The notes: generated by a model not told the origin, from the letters alone. DNA of 64,000 bases from Candidatus Latescibacterota bacterium (GCA_965219455.1 OZ244744.1:2944001-3008000), one strand, 5' to 3'. Positions 36,981 to 48,651 are shown, counted from the stretch's first letter. Program-made: numbers and translations.

Positions 36981-37238
36981 GCTTGGATTGTCTACCTGAT
37001 CAAGAGTCTGTTGGTTTGTTTCCTGATGGCTTATCTGTTCCGTGTTTTCCGTGGGTATGACTGGATGCATAGATTCCCCGCGCGGTGCATCCACCACGCC
37101 ATCCGGGGCTGAGCGTTCGCCACCCAGCCATTTCTTTAAAATACCCAGACCTTTGCAAATGTTCCCTCGTTTGCCATTTATCGCACCGTTTCAGCTGACA
37201 GGAGCGGCTTGAACTCGTTGTTCTCACAGAAGTGTTGA

Positions 37239-37991
37239 CTACCGTCTTTCCACAGTTGGCACATCTGAAGACACCGTATGTCCCAAGACAAGGCTTCGAA
37301 AGGACGCCATGTGCTCAGTTGCATTTTTCACCATGCTGCGGTGTTCCGTCAACTCTTCTTCTGGCAATAAACGAGCCAAATTCCCACTTTTGCCATCCTC
37401 CAAGATCGCAATACTAATCGGTTCATTTATTCCCCCAGGATTGACTTCACAGGCATGGATCAAAGCCCAAAGCGCGGTGAATATCGCGCCGCGGAGGTTT
37501 GGGGGTTCTTCTTTCCAAAAAATAGAACGAAAAAAAGCCAACAGGGGATCGAGAATTGGCTGACCACTTCCAGCGGCTACCCACCAATTATTCTCTAGCA
37601 TCTTGATTTCGGGCTGAAATCCGGTAATTGACGGCAGTTCACATAAGGACATTCCATCGGTGGCGGAATAGGCCACCAAAGCTGAAAAATCAAGATTGCT
37701 AACCTTAGTTTCTTGAAAGTCCGCGATCCCAGATTGAGAAAGCATCTTGCCTATTTCAATGGAGTCTTTGCCTCTAAATGCTCGGCCTCTCCACAGCTTC
37801 CGAACAACATGGCAGAATCTTTGAGCGTGGCCAACATAGCCGGATCCCGCAACGATCAGATGACTATCGATGATTTCTATCTTCTTGGTCGGCTGCTCGA
37901 TTGTGTGATGCTGCCCGTGGACAAATGTTGCAGAACCGTCGGCACCTATCACCACGCCGTCCTTGCATCGAATACCTATTAATGCAGTCAT
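37239..37991 (-). CDS. Proteasome beta/HslV-like Ntn protease
   Basis: M-T1ALIGIRCKDGVVIGAD17, KI Lys, AGSG and second AAGSG. Confidence 0.82.
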   Translation of the reverse strand: MTALIGIRCKDGVVIGADGSATFVHGQHHTIEQPTKKIEIIDSHLIVAGSGYVGHAQRFCHVVRKLWRGRAFRGKDSIEIGKMLSQSGIADFQETKVSNLDFSALVAYSATDGMSLCELPSITGFQPEIKMLENNWWVAAGSGQPILDPLLAFFRSIFWKEEPPNLRGAIFTALWALIHACEVNPGGINEPISIAILEDGKSGNLARLLPEEELTEHRSMVKNATEHMASFRSLVLGHTVSSDVPTVERR

Positions 37992-37999
37992 GCCTATTC

Positions 38000-38452
38000 C
38001 TAAAAAATGCTGTTTTCGCGCATATTCGGATACGCTCTATAAATGGCGCCTACGAGTTCCGCAAAAGACAAACTCCGAACCCACTCTGACAGTTGTTTCA
38101 GATAATTCTGCACGTAAGTGGGCAGATTAGCGATCGCCCTTTCGCCCTGTCCCTGACCTGCATAGGTTAGCGAGTAGGACCGACCGGTAATGCTCGTGCT
38201 CGATCCCTGTGCCGTGATTTGTACGAGTCCCCGTTCCTGAAGCGCCTCAAGTTCCGCATATACCGCCTTATCAAATGGACCGTAGTCATATGGTTCAAAA
38301 GCAAACTGCTTACCATGCATTTCATCAGCGATCTTCTCATCCATGAGGAAGAGCAACTTCTGGACCTGAACAGGTTCAAACGAGGAATCAGGCACAGCGG
38401 AAAGACCTGCTAGGACCATCTTCTGACGGTGCGAAAGCTCGTTTGGCATCAC
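38000..38452 (-). CDS. Panacea/SocA (DUF4065)/YwgA-like winged-helix protein
   Basis: VQKLLFL...FEPYDYGPF...YSLT..G; AGGAG RBS. Confidence 0.7.
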   Translation of the reverse strand: MMPNELSHRQKMVLAGLSAVPDSSFEPVQVQKLLFLMDEKIADEMHGKQFAFEPYDYGPFDKAVYAELEALQERGLVQITAQGSSTSITGRSYSLTYAGQGQGERAIANLPTYVQNYLKQLSEWVRSLSFAELVGAIYRAYPNMRENSIF

Positions 38453-38522
38453 AATCTCCTTTTCTTCGACAAACGCGATGGTATTGTCTCAGCCGAAAAG
38501 CAAATGGCCTTCGGTGAATTAC

Positions 38523-38553
38523 TGAACATATGTTCATCATTCGTCCATGTCAA
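38523..38553 (-). promoter_or_regulatory. Sigma70 promoter with overlapping perfect palindrome TGAACATATGTTCA (LexA-box-like operator)
   Basis: Minus strand TTGACA (38553-38548), 17 nt, TATGTT (38530-38525); palindrome 38523-38536 contains GAAC-N4-GTTC. Confidence 0.7.
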
Positions 38554-38665
38554 GAAAATATGTGGATGCGTTCACGGGTTTATTTAGTTGCACGTGAGTC
38601 CGCACTGGTACGGTCGGTATCTCGTAGGAGGCCATTCGGCTCGCCGCTAGCGCGTGCGATTGCCT

Positions 38666-41600
38666 TCATTCTCCTACTCCCGCGAACATCCGCCGCTTGA
38701 ACAATGGTTCCAGAGCTTTCGCCTCGTGTATCAGCGAGTCGCCGTTAACGTATACATTGTCTACGCCTTCAGTCAACTTCTGTTCGACAACAAAGTCTCT
38801 ATCGAGTACAAAGTCCGGCTTCTGCCAATCCTCCGTTTCTCGCCAGATCACTGCAACCCGCGCCTGGTCGATCTGGCCACGATAGACAAGGTATCGCCGG
38901 TCGTCGTCGTAATGAACTCGCCTCGTCTGCACGTTAAGGCCGATCAGGTAGTTGAAGGTCTCAGGGATGTCGGCCATGTTCTGCCGCGTCTCTCCGTCGG
39001 AGTGGATGTTCAGTTGGTAGGAGAACGGCTTCGAGAGCTTTTCTACGTTCAGCAACGTATGGCTACGTTTTGTTTCCCATTGTAACATGTAATTGATAAG
39101 GTAGTCTTGGAATGCCAATGTCTGCTGTGCGGAGCCCTCGTCGAAGTCGATGTTATTCAGAGCGTCCTCATAACTCTCAAGACGCATATACTGGACTATA
39201 CGTGGGCTACGCTGGACGTCTTGTGGTGTGGTGTTCTTGGGTTTACCTCCATTCCATTCAGGCGCAAATGTAACTTTCTTGATCCGTGGAAGTAGTACAG
39301 TGTCGAAATAATCCCCCATCTCTACGAGGATGAACTTGCGCTTTCCATCGTCTTCACGGTTGAGGTTGATGACGGCATGGCCGGTTGTACCCGAGCCGGC
39401 AAAGAAATCAAGCACGACCGATTGCGAATCACAACGGGACGCACGTAGGCAATCCTCTACCAAGGCAATCGACTTGGCGAAGTCGAATTCCTTCTCTCCC
39501 AAAATGTCTTTTAGGGCCTTTGCACCAAGATTGGCTGAAGCGTATTTGCTATTGTCCCACCATGTCTTAGGCATTGAACTCATGTCGATTCGTATCTTAA
39601 AATCGATGTTAATTCCGTTGTTGTTATCGCGAGCGTTTCCGGTCCTCCGAACTCTGTACTCGGATGGATCGCTTTTTACAAGGCTAAAACCTCGGTGCCA
39701 GTTTTTTTCTATTACCGTCCCACCCTGAATTCTGATCGGCCAAACGGCAATCTCATTTTCACCTACCTCCTCTAATACGTCATATTCACTCTTATCCGAA
39801 TTCCATCTAATTTCAGGAACACGGATTTCATCGTCATCACCAACGTAAATCGGATAATGCATCTTCGGACGATCCTGTCGCCGATCATTTGACCCGTGCC
39901 TTATGAGATTATTCCATGCAAATCTGCCTTTTTTATCGACATGCGGATATCGTGCGAGTTCGTTCTGCGTTTTATGGATAGTTCCGGGAACTGAGGTTGT
40001 GTTACCGAAAAAAAGTGCATATTCATGAGTGGGAGAAAACTGCCCCTTTGATTTGCGTCCGGCAGGATTTGACCTAACTGCAACAATACCTAAAGTCCTT
40101 TCAAAGAGTCCTGCCATTATTGTGCGGAGTTGGCATACTTCCTCGTCGTCAATCGCGCAGCACAAGATTCCCTCATTCGATTGTAGATTCAAGCAAAGTG
40201 ACAGCCTATTTTCCATTAGCGACAGCCACGAGGAATCCTTGTAGTTATTCTTATATACAATCGCTGAAGCGTCTGTGTTGTATGGCGGATCTATGTACGT
40301 GCACTGAACCTGACCACGAAAGCGGGCTTGTAGTAAATTTAGCGCTTGCCAATTTTCGCTATGAATTAGCACACCATCAGTCATTCCATGTAGATCGTCA
40401 ATACTGCCCAGCAGCCGGTCCACGAAGTCTTGGTCGAAGTGTCTCGTATCGAGGACCAGCGTGGGATGTGTTTTCAGGAACGCAACGCGCTTGTTTGTCT
40501 TATTCGTGCCCGAGTTGAACAGGTTGGTTTGATCTTCGTCAATGCCGAACAATTCTCGCCACTCGACCCACTGCGCGTCGCACAGGGCGATCTCCCTAAA
40601 GAAATCTTCATCTATGCATCTTACCGAAATACAATACTGTGTCTCAGTTACGAACTTACGCTTCTCCCAGAGCATCTCTTGAAAGTTTTCTATCTGCTCG
40701 AGGAAGTAAATGATCTCGCCACCGATTGAGCGGATTGTCCGCATTGTCTGGAACCAGGTCTCGGACTTTTCCTCGCCTGACGCTTCCATCTCGTCAAGAT
40801 TCAACACTTCGTTCTTCAGGTAGAAATCGAGTTCACGAGTCAGGAAGCCCTTCAGGTCTTTGTGGATGAAGAAATCCGAAGTATTGCGCCGCGTGTACTG
40901 CACAAGGTGATGTTCGAAGAAAGAGACCGACTTACCATCACTATTTTTTCGCCTTTCGGCCATTAGTGCGGCGGTCGCCTCGCTGGAGTGGTTCAGGCGA
41001 CCTGGAATTTCGGACACCGCTTTATTGATGATGTTTTCCTGATGATTGGTTTTGCCGTAAGTGATTTTTTCCTGAGAAGTCAGCGGACGGTATTCAAGCG
41101 ATATTGCTAACCGCCCGGACGGTTCGTCCCAAATTGGCGCCTCGTTGCACGGCACAAAATAACGTTTGTCACTCTTGACGTTATCCTGTTTGACGTCAGC
41201 AGCCTTCAGCCTGAATTCCACCGTGACTCTTCGCGACTTGAAGGCATAGTTCTGGAAGTGCTCGCCAGTCTTCACGTAGTATTGGTCGCTGTTCGCCCAA
41301 TGGAGGTGTACTTCTTCGCCGTTGTACGGAATGGCGTAACGATGACGTTTCGAATAACGGCGTTTCGAGATGAAATCACCGTCCTGGTAATACCGGCTAA
41401 AGAAAGCGTAAAGATGATTGAAGATCACCGCTTCGAGCGCATCACGTCCCTGTGCGCCTGAGGCTTTCGCTTGGTGTTCTAGGTATTCTTTGCCGAGCGG
41501 GATACAATGATGTACCTCCAACAGATTTCCGTCAGCGTCGATGGCATTGGAACCAAGGGCTTGAACGACTCGCTGCCGACATTCGTTCAATTCGTCGATT

Positions 41601-41794
41601 GCGCGTGATTGCGTGGCCAGAGCATCCCGTTCCAACTCTGAAGCTACGGATTTTGGTAAGTCCGCAGCAATAAATCGCTCGATAACGTCCCGCTTGTGAT
41701 TCATAATGCGGTAGATACCAAAGTCCAGCTCTGCGCAGTCGAATTGGAATAACTCTCGCAGAAGATTCTGGAATTTTTCGAGCGATGTGCTCAT
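38666..41794 (-). CDS. mod: Type III R-M Mod subunit (N6-adenine methyltransferase)
   Basis: LDFGIYRI N-terminus, IDPPY, TRD region, DFFAGSGTT, LESYEDALNN. Confidence 0.93.
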   Translation of the reverse strand: MSTSLEKFQNLLRELFQFDCAELDFGIYRIMNHKRDVIERFIAADLPKSVASELERDALATQSRAIDELNECRQRVVQALGSNAIDADGNLLEVHHCIPLGKEYLEHQAKASGAQGRDALEAVIFNHLYAFFSRYYQDGDFISKRRYSKRHRYAIPYNGEEVHLHWANSDQYYVKTGEHFQNYAFKSRRVTVEFRLKAADVKQDNVKSDKRYFVPCNEAPIWDEPSGRLAISLEYRPLTSQEKITYGKTNHQENIINKAVSEIPGRLNHSSEATAALMAERRKNSDGKSVSFFEHHLVQYTRRNTSDFFIHKDLKGFLTRELDFYLKNEVLNLDEMEASGEEKSETWFQTMRTIRSIGGEIIYFLEQIENFQEMLWEKRKFVTETQYCISVRCIDEDFFREIALCDAQWVEWRELFGIDEDQTNLFNSGTNKTNKRVAFLKTHPTLVLDTRHFDQDFVDRLLGSIDDLHGMTDGVLIHSENWQALNLLQARFRGQVQCTYIDPPYNTDASAIVYKNNYKDSSWLSLMENRLSLCLNLQSNEGILCCAIDDEEVCQLRTIMAGLFERTLGIVAVRSNPAGRKSKGQFSPTHEYALFFGNTTSVPGTIHKTQNELARYPHVDKKGRFAWNNLIRHGSNDRRQDRPKMHYPIYVGDDDEIRVPEIRWNSDKSEYDVLEEVGENEIAVWPIRIQGGTVIEKNWHRGFSLVKSDPSEYRVRRTGNARDNNNGINIDFKIRIDMSSMPKTWWDNSKYASANLGAKALKDILGEKEFDFAKSIALVEDCLRASRCDSQSVVLDFFAGSGTTGHAVINLNREDDGKRKFILVEMGDYFDTVLLPRIKKVTFAPEWNGGKPKNTTPQDVQRSPRIVQYMRLESYEDALNNIDFDEGSAQQTLAFQDYLINYMLQWETKRSHTLLNVEKLSKPFSYQLNIHSDGETRQNMADIPETFNYLIGLNVQTRRVHYDDDRRYLVYRGQIDQARVAVIWRETEDWQKPDFVLDRDFVVEQKLTEGVDNVYVNGDSLIHEAKALEPLFKRRMFAGVGE

Positions 41795-41829
41795 GGATGA
41801 CGTCCCTCGCGGTAAGTAGGGTTTCCCAA

Positions 41830-41858
41830 TGTATACACAATGACGTGGAGGTCGTCAA
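41830..41858 (-). promoter_or_regulatory. Putative mod promoter
   Basis: TTGACG-17 nt-TATACA, preceded by TG dinucleotides. Confidence 0.5.
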
Positions 41859-41882
41859 GGGGAAGGCGGATCGGACGGGGTC

Positions 41883-42635
41883 TCAGCGACGGACCTGGAA
41901 ACCCTGGGCCGTAAGGAATTCATCCAGTTCGGCTCGGGCGTGAAACTGCCCTGTGCGGTCCGCCATGACCGTTGTCCATCGCTGGTCTCCCTCGTGCATC
42001 CCCTGCGAGGTATAGAAGTCGACCATGGATCTGTCGTATTCCTCCATGGCCAATCGATGCGTCTCGTCGCAGAGATACCGTTCGCGATGCAAGACCGCAT
42101 CCAGGGGCAAACGCGGTTTGACTTCCGGGGCCTGCGCCGGATACCCAATGCAAAAGCCGGCCACGGCAACGACATACGGGGGCAGGTCCAGCAATTTGCC
42201 CACCGATTTCGGGTTGTTCCGCATCGCGCCGATCATGCAGACTCCCAATCCCAGAGACTCCGCGGCGATGGCCGCGTTCTGCATCATCAGCGCCACGTCC
42301 ACGGTCGCGATCATCAACGCCTCCGCATAGTTCCCGTCGAACCGCTCGGCCCCGTGCATCCGGTTGGCCATCCTGTCCCGGTGCAAATCCGCGCAAAAGG
42401 CCAGAAACGCCGCGCTCTGGTGTATCTGCACCTGATCGGCGCACAGTTCGGCCAGTCTCTTTTTCCGCTGTGGATCCGCCACGTGGATGACGGTGTAAGC
42501 CTGCAGATTGCTGGACGTGCTCGCCTGCTGCCCACACCGGATCAGTGTTTCGAGGACGCCATCGGGAAGCGGCCGATTCTCGAAACTTCGGATACTCCTG
42601 TGCGATAGCAGGAGATCAATTGTGGAATTGGACAT
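41883..42635 (-). CDS. NfsA-like NADPH-dependent nitroreductase
   Basis: HRSIR, ASTSSNLQ, AAESLGLG..IG..RN, KPRLP. Confidence 0.9.
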   Translation of the reverse strand: MSNSTIDLLLSHRSIRSFENRPLPDGVLETLIRCGQQASTSSNLQAYTVIHVADPQRKKRLAELCADQVQIHQSAAFLAFCADLHRDRMANRMHGAERFDGNYAEALMIATVDVALMMQNAAIAAESLGLGVCMIGAMRNNPKSVGKLLDLPPYVVAVAGFCIGYPAQAPEVKPRLPLDAVLHRERYLCDETHRLAMEEYDRSMVDFYTSQGMHEGDQRWTTVMADRTGQFHARAELDEFLTAQGFQVRR

Positions 42636-42814
42636 ATTGAACCTCTTAAAAGCGGTGAGAATAAGAACAGCTATCAGCTGTCAGCCGTCAGCAGTCAGCT
42701 TGAAACAAGAGCGAAGACCCAAACAACCGAAAATCAAAACCTGAGACGGGAGACAACGCGAAACCGGGGTGGGGCGGACCACATACCTCTCGCCGCCCGT
42801 CGTGTTTCGTATTC

Positions 42815-42839
42815 GTAGGGGCAACCCTTGTGGTTGCCC
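42815..42839 (+). repeat. GTAG-type REP (family C)
   Basis: gtaggggcaacccttgtggttgccc. Confidence 0.85.
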
Positions 42840-42934
42840 GCCTGAACGCCGATTGCTTAAAGCTAAAAAAATAGGGCGGGTTTCAGAACCCACCCATGCG
42901 GTAACGACACTGACGCCTTGTTTTCCGGGGCGTT

Positions 42935-43339
42935 CTATTGGTCCCCGATCCGAAGCCGGTTGATCGCCCGCGTCAGGGCCAGCCTCGCCCGTGTCTCGTC
43001 GACCTGTTGATCCCGCTTTCGCGCCAGCCTTTGCCGCGCGCGGTCTCTCGCGGCTTCAGCGCGAGTCACGTCAATTTCCTGCACGAATTCCGCCGTCTCG
43101 GCCAGCACGGTCACGCGGTCTCGCTGGACTTCCGCGAATCCGCCACTGATCGCCACAGTTTTTGATCCCTGCTGCTGTTCGGAAAAGACTATCTGTCCGA
43201 CGCCCAGGGCGGCCAGCATCGGATGGTGCCCCGCCAGCACGCCGAAACCGCCTTCGGTTCCCGGCGCCTGCAGGCTCTGCACTTCGCCCGAATAAACCGT
43301 CTTTTCCGGTGTTACAATATCAAGCTGATACGTCGGCAT
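42935..43339 (-). CDS. atpC: ATP synthase epsilon
   Basis: IVTPE, GVLAGH, SGGFAEV. Confidence 0.95.
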   Translation of the reverse strand: MPTYQLDIVTPEKTVYSGEVQSLQAPGTEGGFGVLAGHHPMLAALGVGQIVFSEQQQGSKTVAISGGFAEVQRDRVTVLAETAEFVQEIDVTRAEAARDRARQRLARKRDQQVDETRARLALTRAINRLRIGDQ

Positions 43340-43397
43340 CGTATTCCCGCACGAAGTTGGGACCCTGACAGCCCGTTGAAGAAGTCCATCCGGGCTG

Positions 43398-44885
<1,488 letters not shown>

Positions 44886-45737
44886 CTACGCCACCGCCTC
44901 TGCACCACCGATGATGTCCATCAACTCCAGCGTAATTGAAGACTGGCGCTCTTTGTTCATTTCGCGCGTCAATTCTTCAATCAGGTCACCAGCATTCTTC
45001 GTCGCGTTATCCATAGCCGTCATACGGGCAGCCTGCTCCCCTGCATTGGACTCCAGCAGAGCACGCCAGACCTGGAAGTTCACATGCCGGGGCACCAGCG
45101 AATCCAGCAACTGCTCGGGTTCAGGTTCAAAAATATACTCACCGGCAGGGGTCTCTTCGTCGGCATCCTGGGGTACAATCGGCAAGAGCCGGTTAATCAC
45201 GGGCTCCTGCCGTCCCAGCGAGACGAACTCGTTGTTGGCAATCCACACCTGATCCACGTCGCCGGACATAAAACGACCTGTCAGGTCACGCGCGATGTGG
45301 ACGGCCCGGCCTAGATTCAGGTCGCCGAACACGTCGAGATATTCCCGGCTGATCGTATATTCGCGTTTGCGAAAAAAATCCCGCCCCTTCCTGCCGATAG
45401 CGACCAATTCGACCTCGTCATGGTTATCCAGTTCCGAGAGCACCTTCCGGCAGATTCCGGCGTTAAAGCCTCCGCACAGACCGCGGTCTGACGTCACCAC
45501 AGCGACCGTGATCCGCCCGGATTCCCCCTGGCGGAACAGGGGATGCCGATCCGCGTCGATGCTCGCGGTAAGCCGTTGAAGAATGCGGTCCAGTTGTTCG
45601 GCATAGGGCCGGGCAGCCAGAATGGCGTCCTGGGCTTTGCGCACCCTGGCCGCGGCCACCAGCTGCATGGCGTGGGTCACCTTCTGTATATTCGTGACGC
45701 CGGTCACACGGTTTCTGAGCTGACGCAATGTTGCCAC
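44886..45737 (-). CDS. atpG: ATP synthase gamma
   Basis: SDRGLCGGFN, ARMTAMDNAT, RQSSIT.E. Confidence 0.96.
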   Translation of the reverse strand: MATLRQLRNRVTGVTNIQKVTHAMQLVAAARVRKAQDAILAARPYAEQLDRILQRLTASIDADRHPLFRQGESGRITVAVVTSDRGLCGGFNAGICRKVLSELDNHDEVELVAIGRKGRDFFRKREYTISREYLDVFGDLNLGRAVHIARDLTGRFMSGDVDQVWIANNEFVSLGRQEPVINRLLPIVPQDADEETPAGEYIFEPEPEQLLDSLVPRHVNFQVWRALLESNAGEQAARMTAMDNATKNAGDLIEELTREMNKERQSSITLELMDIIGGAEAVA

Positions 45738-45756
45738 CGGCTACTCCCCCATGCTC

Positions 45757-47277
45757 CTACGCGGAAACCTGAAAGCCGCGTTTCACGCTTTCAATGGCGG
45801 CGTCGATGACGCCCCGCGCCTCGTCGCTTAACGCTTCGCTGCTCGTAATCGCATCCACCACATCCTTGTGGTGGTCGCGCATATACGCAAGCACCTCGGC
45901 TTCAAATCGTCTTACGTCCTCCGTGGGCAGCTCGTCGATGCCCGCACCAACGGTAAGAGACACCACCTGTTCACCGAGCGACATCGGCGCGTACTGGTCC
46001 TGTTTGAGGATCTCGATAAGTTTCTCGCCGCGGTTCAGCAGGTTGCGGGTTGCCGTGTCCAGGTCCGAGGCCCCGAATTGCGCAAAGGCCTGAACCTCGT
46101 TGTAGCGCGCGATATCGCCGCTCAAGGTGCCGGAAACCGCCCTCATCGCCCGCGTTTTGGCCGAACTGACCCTGGAAACGGAAGCGCCGACGTCCATGGC
46201 CGGGCGGATGCCGGAATAGAACAATTCCGGTTTCAGCAGAATCTGCCCGTCCGTTATCGAAATCACGTTGGTCGGCACGAACGTGGATACGTCCCCCTCC
46301 AGAATCTCGATGATGGGCAGTGCCGTGAGAGAGCCCGCGCCCTTGTCGTCGCTCAATTTGCAGGCGCGTTCAAGAAGACGCGAGTGCAGGTAGAACACGT
46401 CGCCGGGATAGGCTTCCCGCCCAGGGGGCCGGCGAAGGACCAGGGCCATTTCCCTGTACGCCCATGCCTGCTTGGAGAGATCGTCGTACACAATCAGTGC
46501 GTGTTCGCCCTTGTCGCGGAAGTACTCGCCCATTGAACATCCGGCATAGGGGGCCAGGAACTGAAGCGGCGCCGGATCGCTGGCCGTTGCCGAAACCACA
46601 ATTGTATACGCCAGGGCGCCGTTTGCCTCGAGTTCGGCAACGACCTTGGCCACCGACGACGCCTTCTGACCAATGCCCACATAGATACATTTGACGCCGC
46701 TGTCTTTCTGGTTGATGATTGCATCCAGTGCGATGGCCGTCTTCCCGGTCTGCCGGTCGCCGATAATCAACTCCCGTTGCCCGCGCCCGATCGGCGTTGC
46801 GGCATCCACCACCTTGACTCCCGTCTGTAACGCTTCATCCACCGGCTGGCGCTGGATCACCCCCGGTGCAATCCGTTCTACGGGCAACGTCATCGAGGTG
46901 TGAATCGGCCCCTTTCCATCCAGCGGCTCACCCAGGGGCGTAACCACCCGGCCCAGCAATTCGTCTCCCACGGGCACTTCGACGACGCGTCCGGTCCGCC
47001 GGACCTGGTCGCCTTCCTTGATTGCCGTGTCGTCCCCGAAGAGGACGCAACCCACGTTGTCCTCTTCCAGGTTGAACGCCATGCCCATGATGTTATTGGG
47101 GAACGCCACCAGTTCACTGGCCTGCGCGTTGCCCAGCCCGTGAACGCGCGCCACGCCATCGCCCACCTGCAGCACGGTCCCGGTTTCGTAAACGTCGATA
47201 TCCCGTTCGGCCTCCAGAATCTGCTGTTTGAGAATATCGGAGACTTCATCGGGGCGAATCTGTAAGTTCATCGCCAT
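45757..47277 (-). CDS. atpA: ATP synthase alpha
   Basis: [31 protein letters not shown]. Confidence 0.97.
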   Translation of the reverse strand: MAMNLQIRPDEVSDILKQQILEAERDIDVYETGTVLQVGDGVARVHGLGNAQASELVAFPNNIMGMAFNLEEDNVGCVLFGDDTAIKEGDQVRRTGRVVEVPVGDELLGRVVTPLGEPLDGKGPIHTSMTLPVERIAPGVIQRQPVDEALQTGVKVVDAATPIGRGQRELIIGDRQTGKTAIALDAIINQKDSGVKCIYVGIGQKASSVAKVVAELEANGALAYTIVVSATASDPAPLQFLAPYAGCSMGEYFRDKGEHALIVYDDLSKQAWAYREMALVLRRPPGREAYPGDVFYLHSRLLERACKLSDDKGAGSLTALPIIEILEGDVSTFVPTNVISITDGQILLKPELFYSGIRPAMDVGASVSRVSSAKTRAMRAVSGTLSGDIARYNEVQAFAQFGASDLDTATRNLLNRGEKLIEILKQDQYAPMSLGEQVVSLTVGAGIDELPTEDVRRFEAEVLAYMRDHHKDVVDAITSSEALSDEARGVIDAAIESVKRGFQVSA

Positions 47278-47294
47278 AAGTGTCTACACCTCGG

Positions 47295-47840
47295 TTATGG
47301 TAACCCCAAGACCAGCCTCCGGCGCATCCGGTTCAACTGTGCTTCAAGGGTTGCGTCGAACACGTGGTCGCCCATCCGGGTCACAAAGCCCGCTCTGAGT
47401 CCCTCGTCGACTTCCACGTCGAGACGGACCTGCTTCCCCGAATAGGCCGACAGCCGCTGTGAAAGCCGCGCGCGTTGATCCTTCGAGAGTTCCTGCGCCG
47501 AACGCACATATGCGGTAATCAGGCCCCGGCGCTCGTCCAGGAGCATCAGGAACGCTCGAATGATGCCGTCGAGCCCCCGCTCCCGTCTTTTGTCGCACAA
47601 GAGCAGCAGGAAGTTCAGCGTGAGATCCCCGATCCGACCCGAAAAAAGCCTCCGGACGGCCGTCCGCTTCTGTTCAGGAAAAATCAGTGGATTGCTCAAA
47701 AAGGCGCGCAGGTCTTCCGATTCCCGGATCAGGTTCAGAAGTCCTTCCAGATCCTCATGGACTCGATCCAGCGCGTCTCGCTCTTCGGCCGCCTGGATAA
47801 GCGCCCTGGCATAACGCATTGCAACGGGAGTTTCGTTCAA
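47295..47840 (-). CDS. atpH: ATP synthase delta
   Basis: A.RYARAL, FLSNP, operon position. Confidence 0.93.
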   Translation of the reverse strand: MNETPVAMRYARALIQAAEERDALDRVHEDLEGLLNLIRESEDLRAFLSNPLIFPEQKRTAVRRLFSGRIGDLTLNFLLLLCDKRRERGLDGIIRAFLMLLDERRGLITAYVRSAQELSKDQRARLSQRLSAYSGKQVRLDVEVDEGLRAGFVTRMGDHVFDATLEAQLNRMRRRLVLGLP

Positions 47841-47855
47841 GCTCCGCTCCGGAAA

Positions 47856-48353
47856 TCAATTTTGGTTCGTATCAGGAATGCTGTCTATAAACTCGTCGAC
47901 CAGCTTCCGGTTTCTGGCATTGTCCAGGTTTTCGTCCAACACTTTACCGGCGGCTTCGATGGCCAGACCCGCGGCGTGGGTTCTCAACTCCTGGATCGCC
48001 TGCTCCTTCTCCTGCCGAATCGTTCGCCGGGCCTGTTGCAGCATCTGCTGGGCTTCGTCCGCCGCGCGCGCACGTACTTCCGCCGCCGCGCGCTCGGCCG
48101 CCTCCCGTCCTTCCGAAACCGCCTGCCGGGCCTCGGCCTGGGCATGCGCCATAGTGCGCCGGTTTTCGTCGGCCGCATTCTGAGCCTCCTCCCGGGCCTT
48201 TTCGGCCTGGTTCAAAGACTCCCGAATACGCCTTTCACGCTCGTCCAGCATGGCCAGCAGCGGCTTCCAGGCAACCGCCTTGAGAACAAGCAGCAGTAAG
48301 ATGAAGGTAATAATGGTCCAGATTATCAAACCTTCATCAATATTTAACAACAT
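47856..48353 (-). CDS. atpF: ATP synthase b
   Basis: TM helix + WKPL...LDERE + coiled coil. Confidence 0.93.
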   Translation of the reverse strand: MLLNIDEGLIIWTIITFILLLLVLKAVAWKPLLAMLDERERRIRESLNQAEKAREEAQNAADENRRTMAHAQAEARQAVSEGREAAERAAAEVRARAADEAQQMLQQARRTIRQEKEQAIQELRTHAAGLAIEAAGKVLDENLDNARNRKLVDEFIDSIPDTNQN

Positions 48354-48399
48354 ATGATACCCTTTTCTCCAGTATTAACGTGCGGACGTTATTGCAGCC

Positions 48400-48651
48400 T
48401 CATCCCCCCTGTGTTGCCAGAAGAAAACAGATCACCTGGCCGAACAGGGCCACACCCTCTATAAAGGCCGCCGTAATGAGCATAGAGGTACGGATATCGC
48501 CGGCCGCTTCCGGCTGGCGTGCTGTACCCTCCATCGCCATTCCGGCCAACCGTCCGATCCCGAGACCCGCCCCGATCGTCACCAACCCGGCGCCAATGCC
48601 GGCGGACAAATAACCGTATGCTTCAGCTGCCACGGATGTTACGTCTGCCAC
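48400..48651 (-). CDS. atpE: ATP synthase c
   Basis: GAGLGIG, ARQPE, IEGVALF. Confidence 0.95.
   Translation of the reverse strand: MADVTSVAAEAYGYLSAGIGAGLVTIGAGLGIGRLAGMAMEGTARQPEAAGDIRTSMLITAAFIEGVALFGQVICFLLATQGG

Noticed and set aside
38666-41794. Phase-variable mod (phasevarion)
   Set aside because: No long simple-sequence repeat tract was seen in the gene or its promoter
30650-41880. Prophage or integrative element boundaries for the R-M island
   Set aside because: No integrase, tRNA, att-like direct repeat or phage gene was seen
48400-48651. Na+-translocating or N-type ATPase
   Set aside because: The c subunit lacks the Na+-binding residues and the gene order is standard F-type with atpH present
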